DNA from: Botryllus schlosseri | Taxonomy: Eukaryota | Reading direction: 5' to 3' | Assembly (NCBI GenBank): GCA_051294905.1 | Contig: CM119375.1 | Location: 992,001-1,056,000 of the forward strand | DNA: 64,000 nucleotides | Shown: in pieces, positions 47,902-58,983 of the stretch | Layout: every line of letters begins with the position of its first letter | Position numbering within the stretch: position 1 is the first letter of the stretch | Made by a program: the position numbers and the translations under genes | Notes under the pieces: model-generated | What the model was told of the DNA's origin: nothing | The model's database searches: none | What the model saw: the letters and a program-made list of their open reading frames with translations, nothing else

Positions 47902-50900
47902 ATGAGTTTCGCGACGCGATGGGCAATTATCACGGCAATGGTATTAGCGAAAGCAGACGGCGAGCGTAGAATAGGCGTCGAAACCATCCGTCCCTCTGAA
48001 ACTGAAGGTTTACTGTATGACCCCGACCAGCCGGTGGTGAAGACGGAATTTTCTGTTATATTACTTTCCCGTGATACCGATTGCTATTATCATTACGTCC
48101 CGAAGTATGCGTCGATGCAGTTTCAATTTCGGGTGAGTGAATTATAAGTGAACCACTACAGCTCTGACGGTATATTGATAGATAACTATCTGCTCTAGTA
48201 TCTGTAGTAGGCCTACTAAGCCCTATCAAGATAACTCACAGGGTGTGTGTGTGTATCTATAATATGGTAACTTTTGTATCAGTTATGCACCTACCGGTTC
48301 CGATGACTAAGGTGTTCCTGTTCCCACCTAAATTATCAAGTAGCCTATGCAAACCACATAGGAAAAGTAGCCTATAGGTTTCAAATCAGTCTGTTCGTTC
48401 GCAAGGTCACCACTCCTCCGGGCACGATGGCGCGCAGCGTCGTCTCAATCGACATCAACTCTCCCTCTGGAGATCGAATTTACAACGCACATTTCAAGAT
48501 GACTGACGAAATGGAAGATACCGTTGCACGGGAGTCTGGTAAGATCTGTCTGTGTATGAATACCTTCAGCAACCAATGTATTTGTTTGCATACTACTTTT
48601 GTCAGGTTATTACGAGATTTGTCTCTACAACTCATTAGAACGTTTCGGCGACAAGAAAGTACGAGTGTTGTTTTCATATACCAACCGAGGAAAACTCGAC
48701 GAAAAAATGAAGGCAGTGAACGAGACGGACGCACTTACGGACGAAATCCAGGTCAATATATATAAACGACTCATCTCTCAGTCATACTAGGATAACTAGA
48801 TAATTCTTGTTGTCTGATTTGACAATAATTTGAACGAAATGCTGGTAATATAATGCTAATATCTTATTTGCTAAATGTGACTGCTACTTACTCTCAGCGA
48901 AAAGAGTGTGTATTCACACCTAAATGTGTTACGAACTCAGAATTATATCATGGTTTTAAATCCTACGTGCTTACGTGCATACCTTCCTATACTTCCAACG
49001 TGATTAGACATGAGCTGAAGTTGATATTTGTTGCATTTCTTTCCAACTAGGAATTGAATAAATTTCCAAGGTTTTGCGAGTTCCGGAATTCTAATTCAAA
49101 CGTAAGTTGGAGAAAGTGTGTAGCTATACAGTTCTAACTGTAATCTAATTTAGTAATTCCGAAATTTAATAAATGTCCAAACCTGATTAGAGCGACCTCA
49201 AAGCCCATTTTCAGCCTGACGTTTTATTTCTGAACAGGGGAGAGTGATTAATATGACCGTGAAGACGATGATCATGCACCGAACCCTGTTCTTCCTCAAG
49301 ATCTCAGAAGGAGGCCACTACGAGTTTATGTTGTCAATGTCGCAATACGTGAAAACGTAGGTAGCTCAGTCTTATAGTTGCTTCAAGTCCGGTAGCAGTA
49401 GCTTTATTCATACCACGTTTCATCCAATATCCCACAAGATTGTGATACAAAAAAAGAAAGGAAAGAACTGTAGTCACACTTTTACAAACTAGTACCAACT
49501 AATACCAACTATCTGGTTATTTGAGTAGTTCTAGTTCTAGTTTTGGTTTGGGATTTTGAAACATGAGCAGTTCTAGTTCTAATTGCGCATTTCAAAATAA
49601 AAGTGTAGCCGAAAAACGAGAAAACGCGTGACGACGTTTTACGTGAATGTAGGGTTGCATTGAAAACAGAAATCAATTTAAAATAAACATGTTTAAAACA
49701 ATGCCCTTGTTTGAAACATGTTTTTTATTGTTTTGTTTGCCATGGCGTCACGAATATTCAATTGACATTGACAATTGAAAATGTATGGTAAATATGACTC
49801 CTTCGGTGAAAAGGGCACCCGATCACTGTCATAAACAGACCAAAAATATCTTTAACCGGAACTACATCGATATGCAGCATATATACCAGTGGTTCCCAAC
49901 GTGGGCGATATCGCCCCCCAGGGGGCGATTTGTCGGTCCAGGGGGGCGAAAATAGCCAAGGGGGCGATAGGGGGGCGAAAATGGACGAAGGGGGCGATAG
50001 GGGGGCGATGGCACGTTGAAATGGCTATATTGGCGTCCATGACCGTAACTGCCACACCCAAACCCCCAATTGGAATGGGGGGCCCGAGGTCGAAGCGGGC
50101 CCACAATTCTTTCGTGAATTAACAATAGTTATAGAGTATTATTTGGGAAATTTAGGCAACTTTTTCAAAAAATGTTCACGCTGCGCTCCATTTCGTGGTC
50201 ACATATTTCTTGCTTATTGGATACTTTTCCTCCAAGAAATAATACGCATGAGTTATAGAAATGAGCATCTCGGCGTCAGCCATTGTCACACCATGACTCA
50301 CCAAGACATATGAAGTTTCAGGCCATGTAACATGCGACTACGAGAAGTATGCCATGCAGTACGAAAATACCTTGGCGGAAAAGGACTGCCTTTATGCTGA
50401 CCGACTTTGATATATGTACGATATACATATATATTTAATTGTCCATAGGCGCCTAAATGGCTGGCGCCAAATGTTCTTGTCCTGGCAATCAGAAACCCAC
50501 AAAAAATGCCATCTCGCAGAGAAAAATTAATTGCCAGTGCAGAAATACCAATTTGAAATCGTGTGCGTCTTTTAGTTTAGTACGTATGGGCGATTTGAAT
50601 ATCTTTTGACATAGCGGACAGGCCACGAAATGTCATTACGTAACGAAGTCATTATACCCACGGGTCTGCCCGACTATGTTCAATTATTATTTGCGAGCCC
50701 TACATTTTCCAAGACACCTCACTCAGCTTTACTGGTAAATCTGAATACATGAGCAGAGAGAGGATAAAAAATTGACAGCAATATATATGCAATTCCCGAT
50801 CATATTGACCGATTCAATCATGAATGATAGCAATTTTTCGCGCATCGCGCGAATTAAACTCACTAACTAACAGTGTTGGGATGACTCGAGTCATGACTTG

Positions 50901-52943
50901 ACTCGAGTCAGACTCGAGTCACCTTTTTCGTATGACTTGACTTGACTCGAGTCACTCTGATAAAATGACTTGACTTGACTTGACTCGGCGTATCAGAAAT
51001 GTGGATTGACTGGTGACTCGGAGCAAAATTGACGAGTCAATTTCAAGTCATCAAGTAATCGATGTCGCTAAAAATTACTGTATCTTCCATATGTTCGGAT
51101 TGTTCGCGAAACGCTGGTGTAACCCGCGGGAGCGACCAATCATTCAATGATCGCGTGTTTTACTGAGCCCTCCATTGTTCTTTCACAAATATATTGACCA
51201 CAAACGAAGTTATCGAAGCTTACAGCTTACGTTTTCGTAAACTAGTAGTAAAGTAATTTAATAGCAAAATATCCATTTCTGATATATGTTCTTACCTTAG
51301 CCAAACCTCTTGTTTTATTAAAATTGAATTCGAATATAGTTTATATAGCTTTCCTCAACCATTGGGGCAGGCTCGAATTATATCATATCAATATGTAAAT
51401 GGTTAATGTATTGCATATCTTATCAAGTCGCTTCTCCATTTTTGCTGGTAATAATAAACTGAGGTTATGCAATTACGTACGTAGTTTAACAGTTCTACGT
51501 GTATGTGAGCGATACAACGCGTTCATGTGTTCAGAATCAATGACCAGTCAATCTGTATTTCAGACAGCTAACAAAATGCAATGACGCAATCATGTCTCAT
51601 ACTTCAAAAAGGTAACTTGACTTGAATTGTGACTTGACTCGTGACTCGACTTGACTTGACTCGACTTGACTCGAGTCACCTCAAAAAATCGAGTGACTTG
51701 ACTTGACTCGAGTCACCTTCGAAAATCGATTGACTTGACTTGACTCGAGTCAAAATGTGCAATGACTCGAAGTGACTCGTGACTCGAAGGTAGTGACTTA
51801 ATCCCAACACTGCAACTAATGAGTCCAACAATTTGTGCTGAGAGGTAGCGGTAAACAGGTATCGGGGGAGTTTGGTCTGAGTGCAGAAGTTTGCTTTATC
51901 ATCCTATGGAGGAGGTCAAGACCAACGTATTAGGGCGAGGGGGGGGCTGACGAAGTGCTGTTACGGTCATTTGGGAACCAAGTCGAAGAAATCACCTTTT
52001 TTGTTAGTCAATTCACCAAAATTTAGCTGGAAAAGTGTAATTTCGAGGTCGAGCCGATAAGTTGACCTTTTTTCTTAGTCAACTCGCCAGTGATTTCAGT
52101 CTTTATGACCATTTTTCGATTCCCAATATTTGGGGGGCGATGATCGGTGTGGAGTTTGAAAAGGGGGCGATGAGTCGAAAAAGGTTGGGAACCACTGATA
52201 TATACGGTCGGCGGTCATCATCATCAGAAAACACCCATTCTGTACCAATGATTTATATCTACGTGCAAAAACTGTTGAACCGACGACGATTTCGAGGATT
52301 CCAGCCACCCCACATCGTATGCGTCGACTATTTCGGGTGCAAATCGTCCGTACGCTCATACTATACATGGTTTTTCGGACGTAATTACACCATTATGGTA
52401 TAATTAGACAACGTTTGATTTTTTTTCTTTTTTCAAAAAGGTAATTGTTTAACAAACCGCTTGTTTTAAATGCATCCCTACGTGAACCGTGCCGGTTTCT
52501 GTTGTGTGATGCTCTTGTAGACATTCCTTGCTCAGACTCATCACTACAAACATTGGTGTAGCCGGGGCGGGTTTTGGAGTTTTTCTAAGCTTTTCCTACT
52601 TAAAAAAATCAATAAAAATTGGGTTATCAATCACTTAACAGATTTAGAGGTATCGCGGACCTCCTGAAAATGCTTCGCGGACCCCCGGTTGAGAACCACT
52701 GACCTAGAGCATATAATAACTGTAAGAGGCACTAAATGAAAAGCGCGTCTAGTGTAATGTAGGCTACTAGTGTGTGCACCATGGTGCGAAGTCTACCAAA
52801 TCAGTACTTATTTTCAGCCACCTATCTTGTTTTCCAGCGCATCTATTGTCACCTGTGTTGCCATATGCCTCGTCATGTATCTGCAAGTAGTCTCGTTGAA
52901 AAGACCGTTCCAATCCCCGGCCAATGTGAAGCCGAAAGTTTGA
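47902..52943 (+). CDS. p24/TMED (emp24/gp25L) cargo receptor with GOLD domain, 5 exons, about 244 aa
   Basis: Exons 47902-48132, 48406-48538, 48606-48751 (GYYEICLYNSLERFGDKKV), 49238-49356, 52838-52943 (TM segment SIVTCVAICLVMYLQVVSLKR, short tail). Signal peptide, two-Cys GOLD pattern, coiled region and C-terminal TM. Exact paralogue not assigned. Confidence 0.85.
49887..52197. mobile_element. Non-autonomous Buster/Charlie-type hAT element in the last TMED intron
   Basis: TIR CAGTGGTTCCCAAC / GTTGGGAACCACTG; TSD ATATATAC on both sides; GGGGGCGA subterminal repeats; contains a nested MITE at 50871-51812. Confidence 0.92.
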
Positions 52944-53773
52944 AACGGATACGTCACAAAAAAGGGATTTCCAATCCTCAGAGCTTACGTCTTGCATAAA
53001 ATGTTTCGGGTTTTGAATTTTTAAATTAAAAAATATGAATCTTGTTGCGGTGGTCTTCTTATTCAATGTTTTGGTTGAGGTGAACAAAAGCAGAGCCTGT
53101 CTTATCTCCGAATTGTATTATCAAACTCGACATTTCAATCCAAATGATACCTCCACAGTTCTCCATTGGTTGCCTAAAAAAAAACTAAAATTTCCCTCTC
53201 AGCTCCCGAAATACCCGTTAGAGCGTTACTTCAGTGCTGATTTATGATTTACGGTATTTCAGTCGACTTTGGCCGTGTATCTCACCAAAATTCTCAAAAA
53301 GACGGTGGCCGATCTATTTAAATATACTATCAAATATTTTCAGTAAATTGGTTGCATGAAAAATCAAATAAACTTTCATTAAAAATCGAAAAAGTTGCAA
53401 AAAGTTGCATGAAAAAAAGGACAAAAGTTGCACTATAAAATTCCTTCAAACAGCTTAAAACAGCATTCTACATAACTTTCGAGTATTTAGGAAGCCGCCG
53501 GAAGCTGTAAAAATAAGTTGCAAAAGTTGCAAAAACTTGCCCTAGTTACCATTCATACGATTCTTCAGTATCAAATTGTAACACCGATTACCGCACCCAG
53601 TCTAATACCTCGATAACAACCCGATAACACATACCAGTTTAGAAACACACGATCCTTGTGCTAGTTCAAAGCGAACACAAGAAACCCGTGTATTCGATGC
53701 ATACCCACAGACACATGTAGATGTGTATTCGATGCATACCCCCATTATACATAATATCGGCGTATGTCATTAC

Positions 53774-54280
53774 TAGGGCTGGGCACAATGATTCGAGTAC
53801 TCGAATCTGAATCGAGTATTCATTTTAATGATTTGAGTCGAGTAGTAAAAGACGATTTTTTCGAGTACTGAAATTATACGCTCCTCGCAACTGAAAGTTA
53901 ATTAACTAACGAGAATTCTATTTTTGATAATATTTTCCACTGAGGAAGCCTTGAAACCTTGATTGGCCGCGTCGTAGCATAATAGACATAGTACAAAGCT
54001 ACGATCGTGACTGAAAATAACACATTTCCGAAGTCATGATCGTTCCACGACATTGTCAAGAAGGGCAATGAAGTCGGTATGGTCGAAAAATTACCAAAGT
54101 ATATTTAATGTGACGGGTAGCAGGCATTATGTTCTGCGTGGTGGCATAAAAGGTAGATATTTGAACTTTGGCATAGTACATTCTGTTGTGACATCATAAT
54201 GAGTGATACTCGAATCGACTCGAAGCATTTTACGTGATTCAGAATCGAATCACTCAGGTACTCGATTTTGCCCAGCCCTA
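53774..54280. mobile_element. hAT MITE (TAGGGCTGGGCA family, TACTCGA repeats)
   Basis: TIR TAGGGCTGGGCA / TGCCCAGCCCTA; TSD GTCATTAC on both sides. Degenerate relatives at about 1660-2163, 8524-8630, 32891-32960, 59860-60160. Confidence 0.9.
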
Positions 54281-54443
54281 GTCATTACGTTATCACACCG
54301 TTATCAAATAAGTTTTGACTGCGAATATGTATGTAAGTCAGCTACTCGTTACTGCATCCTACACTAAAGCACACCAACGAGTCCAAAACCCAATCAGTAT
54401 TCTTTTAGAGAACCGGTGTCTAATAACTCGTGAATGTCCTAGG

Positions 54444-56589
54444 CATAGGCGCCGACTTTCATTTTTGCATGGGGTGGCGGCCGGCGCGTAGCCAGGGGGT
54501 GTCTAAACCCCTTCCTTTTGAAACGCAAGACCCCTTCCTTTTGAAATGACCATTTTGACGCTAATATTCAGTTGCAATTCAACAAGCCGTGTTATCACTA
54601 GTGTTACGCGGGGCCAATTAGCGAGTTTATTCTGTGCACGCATATCGCATCACACAGTGTAACGCGACGCGATCTCCCGCTGAGATGATTGCAAAAGTAA
54701 GTCATTGATTGTCGCGCACTCGGCATTCGTCGCTGGACTGAGCGGTAACACGGCGCGACAATTCTGGAACACGAAAGACAGGCAAGAATGATGATTACAA
54801 ACGTGCGCGGCCAATCCGTAATTATCCCTTACCGCCAACGCAATGGGTTTTTACATAGTATTAAGTAGCTCACATCGCGACAATTGGTTGCTGATTAAAA
54901 CATCAATTTTGACTGCATTGCTGCATTTCACGATTTACGTTCGCAAAGCATAATTGGAATTATGGGCACTAGAATAAATTCCAACTAGCAGGCACACACA
55001 ATAAAACACTGTTCAACTCCGCGCTACGAGAATATTTATCACAATAATGGTTCACAAAATATTTTAAACGCGGCTTGCGGCCCTCAACGATGCAAATAAT
55101 GCACTTTAATTTCTAGAAGGTGAACGTATATTTGGTCGTCAAATCGCGATAGGAGATGGTGTTTCTCAGAGCGCGCGAAGAAATCTACGTGTCTAGCGAT
55201 GAGGTCTAATTTGTACATCTAATAAGGATCGTCAGTTTGCTGAAATCAGTATCAGTACGCTGCGCGAAATACATAGTAGTGATCAATTTTATCGGACTGT
55301 ACGTACAATCGGCCGGCAAGGTTGCGCTGATAACGAAATTGCAGACATGCCGCAAACCTTCAACAATTACAATTACAGGGTGCGCTAGTCATACCGAAAT
55401 ACCCAGATTCGGCAATGACAACGAGTACATTAGTACAATTTGTTCGGACGCGGGTATAAGTTTTAATCAAAAAGATACATAAACAGAACACTAACAATAT
55501 TACACTCAGAGATTGTTACTGTTTGGCGACAGTGATTCTGCAGACGGTAGTACGCCTGCATGCCGGGGCGCTAAATCATACCACCGCCGATAATACCAAT
55601 GAGACATCGATGACCCATTTCGCATACAAATGATTCTGGCTAATTTTGAGTACGCAGCATCGATAATACGAATCAGTGAATTGGCATTTCAAAAGGACTG
55701 GATTTCTAGTTTTAAGTGAGAAACTCACTGGCTACGCACCTAGGGTTTTATTACCGACAACGCGCTGGTTATTCAGCCCGGGACCTACGGCAGACGCACG
55801 TCCCTATCAGCCAGTCGAATTTGATCGTGAAATGGTGCGATTTTAATTATCCAGGTGTTATTGCTGCAAGAGCATTATGGCTGCACACAGTGCACAGTGC
55901 ACACTGCACATACCGCAACCTTATCAATGGAAATACAAGTCCCGATGGTTTGAAATTCGACAGGAGGGAATACGAGTGTGTAAAGCAGACAAGAATTAGT
56001 AGCCTAGAGATGATAGCAAACGAGAAAGCGCGCATCTAATCCGTAATTCCTCAACTTGCGTATGGCACAATGGAGTTCCGAGTCTGCCATCGCGACAATT
56101 CTTTGCAATTGAATATGCGCACTTAGTGCAGGCATACACAAACACACTGTCCTTTTTCGCGGTTCAATTAAAACGGCTATCACGAAACTAACTCTAGAAT
56201 TATTTTGTAAACGAATATGCGTGCAATGCAAATACAATTTAATTGAGAGAAGTATAACGTGAATTCGCTCGTCCAGTAGAGAGAGCTGTTGTTTCTTAGA
56301 GCACGCGTGTCGAAATCGACGTCGTAAACGAGGTCGCGTCGATTGTATGATTACTAATCACGGATTACAATTTATTTGGCAATTAAGCACTAGTTTAAGC
56401 TGCGTATACAATTAGTCGCGCGCGTATCGGTTAATAGTAAATAGTTGGCATTTACGCGATAATCACAGACTCACTAATTGACAGCACAGACGGCGGGCGT
56501 TTAAGCATTTTGTATGGGGTGGCCGCCACCCCATAATTGTGGCATGGGGTGGCTGCGCCACCCCGCCACCCCGTAACTCGGCGCCTATG
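54444..56589. mobile_element. Non-autonomous hAT element, 2.1 kb
   Basis: TIR CATAGGCGCCGA / TCGGCGCCTATG; TSD GTCCTAGG on both sides; GGGGTGGC subterminal repeats. Confidence 0.9.
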
Positions 56590-56669
56590 GTCCTAGGTAT
56601 ACATTGACACGATCAATTCACATCACCAACGAAAATTTATTTATGTCAAGTGAATGCGAAAAACAGAAT

Positions 56670-57105
56670 CTAATTCCGTAAACCGCAACGAGTAGTGAGA
56701 TTTTGCCTCAACTCACTCTGCGAAGTAAACGCCATCCCACAAATTTCACACTGATGATTTTTGATGTCGTAGTGGATCGCCGTGTGGTTCTTAAGATGTT
56801 GCTCGCGAGCGAACTCCTTGCCGCAGATTTCGCATTGTTGATTTTTGAGTTCGTAATGCGTCGCGATGTGTCGACCCAGATCGTTCTTTTGCGCAATCCC
56901 CCGCGCACAAATCCAGCATCGATGCTTTTCCCCGTTATAATGTGTTGCCATGCGTCCATTTAGATTCGATATCCTAGAGTGAACTCTCTCCCACAAACCC
57001 AACATTGACTGGCTTCGACGTTGTAGTGCGTGGCCATGTGCGTGTCTAACCGTCGTGTTCGATCGAACTCCTCACCGCATAGCTCCACATAGATATCGGT
57101 TCATA
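56670..57105 (-). pseudogene. Decayed C2H2 zinc-finger array (about six fingers)
   Basis: Fingers CELCGEEF..LDTHMATH, CWVCGREF..LNGRMATH, CWICARGI..LGRHIATH, CEICGKEF..LKNHTAIH, CEICGMAF..LRQNLTTR. Joining them needs two frameshifts (near 57085 and 56980); two fingers have lost His ligands. Confidence 0.7.
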
Positions 57106-58356
57106 ACGGTGATCAATATTTCTGCGGTATTGACAATTTCAGTAAAGTAATAAATTCAAGAGTCACAAAGGTCAAGTTTTCGAGTATAACATCGGGTGGA
57201 TTACAGCGAGTCTTCGCAGAACGCACCCTATCTGTCTAGGTTAGATATTGAAATACACGGCCATATCAATACCACGAAAGCGAGCCAGTCCATAGGATCG
57301 GTGTATGAAAATGAATGAGCACTGTCAGATGGCGCGCTGGTTATAATTGTGCGGATTCGTCTGCACACATGTAGCGCTATTCAAATATTCTATACACAGA
57401 TATGAGTTACCTTTTTTTAGAGTCTATACACCTACCTTTCTTTAGAGTCTATACGCCTGTTTTCTAAAAATAAATATAAATCACTGCCCTACGTCGCCCA
57501 GACATTGCTTCATATATCATTTGCTACCATCGTTTAATTTTTCTTCTATTTTTTTTAACTACTGTAACCTTTTTTACAGCAAGACTGTTTAGAGTCAAGT
57601 GTACCTGTTTGATGCTGGTGTGATCAGACTAGATGACCTTCACGGTCTTATCGATCATTCCTATCTAATACCGAATACTGTGCAAGCATATTTTCTGTAC
57701 CACCATCACTGCCGTGTGTTATGTATTTTGGTTGGATGAAAATAAAGACTCTCTCTCTCTCTCTCACTGACAGAGTTGTAAGTTTCAACGTTTGTTTCGA
57801 ATCAATGCCCGACAAACAAGCGATCAACATTCTTATGATATAAGACATTACCATGTTTACAGACTTTGAATAATATTATATTGATGTCAAAGTGGCAAAT
57901 TAACGCATTCGGATACGATTCAACTTGAGTTGCGTTACGTTTGCAAATGTCAACTCATACATTCGCGGCGGGTTTATCGAAAATTGATAGGGAGCTAGTT
58001 AGCGGTACCATGCCTAAGAAGATCGTAATCGAGCTAAAATCAACCACTATTCCAGAGTTGTGAAAACACTGACATAGCGATCGCCAGAAAGTTTCAAATT
58101 GTTGGTTTTCGAATCACCGTCTGCATCGGTTCTGTTAGTCGTTGCTTATTACATATAGTTATTAATCTTGTTATATCTCGCCTGTGAAATCCAGTTCCGC
58201 GACAAACTAATTACCAAAATGTTACCTTGCGAGCGATCGGTATGTCTGTAACACCAAGTCACGAAAGATCGCTATGTCTGAGGCGTTTACTTGTCAGCGA
58301 CCGTGGGATTTGTTTACTATTTCACACCTATTTGAATAAGCGTTAGTTCGCGAACT

Positions 58357-58500
58357 CACGAATCACCGCCACCACCTATACCTGAAAACACGAATCACCA
58401 CCGCAGCCTATACCTGGAAGTACGACATGCCACCGACATGGGGGGGGGTCTGAAAGTACGACTTGCCACCACGGGGTTCCAATACGACTTGACACCGCGC
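58357..58500. repeat. Degenerate tandem array of 26-36 bp units
   Basis: Two 32-bp CACGAATCACC...CCTATACCTG units followed by three TACGAC[A/T]TG[C/A]CACC units. Confidence 0.7.
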
Positions 58501-58983
58501 CATAAGAGCCCCAGGCACACCACCGGAGATAATACTAACTACTACTGTCTCTTCCGTGGTGTAGCGATTGAATGTAGATACAGAGAAAGAAAAACGCCGA
58601 TTGATAAGGATCATTGGCTCAGGTTGGATCTAAATTGAAACACGCAAATAAGGAAATAATGCTGCTGGGTCGCTAAGAGTCCAGTAAAATCTTCGGCTCG
58701 ACACCATGAGAACGAGGTTTCTGAATTCTGAAGCGAGTTATTTTTTCGACTACCACCTCTAGGGTGTCAATACGCTCTTGAGTGCACTGCTGATATTTCA
58801 GTTATACCGTTGCCATTGAAAACCACATACTGCGAAGCGACATATTCTTCCGAATAATTTCAAGTTTGTAGATTGTTATAGAAATGCAGCTATGGATTGA
58901 AATTTAGTCAGATCTGGTGTGGACCGTTTCTTAAGCACCCTAACAATGTCGTCAACTAGACAGTGACTTATTGAAAAGACATT

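Noticed and set aside
49852-50125. Three overlapping Pro/Gly-rich ORFs
   Set aside because: Products of GGGGGCGA subterminal repeats of a hAT element.
9576-52943. Non-canonical splicing or operon organisation as known in some tunicates
   Set aside because: All introns in the four complete gene models are GT-AG, and neighbouring genes are divergent, convergent or nested rather than co-directional.
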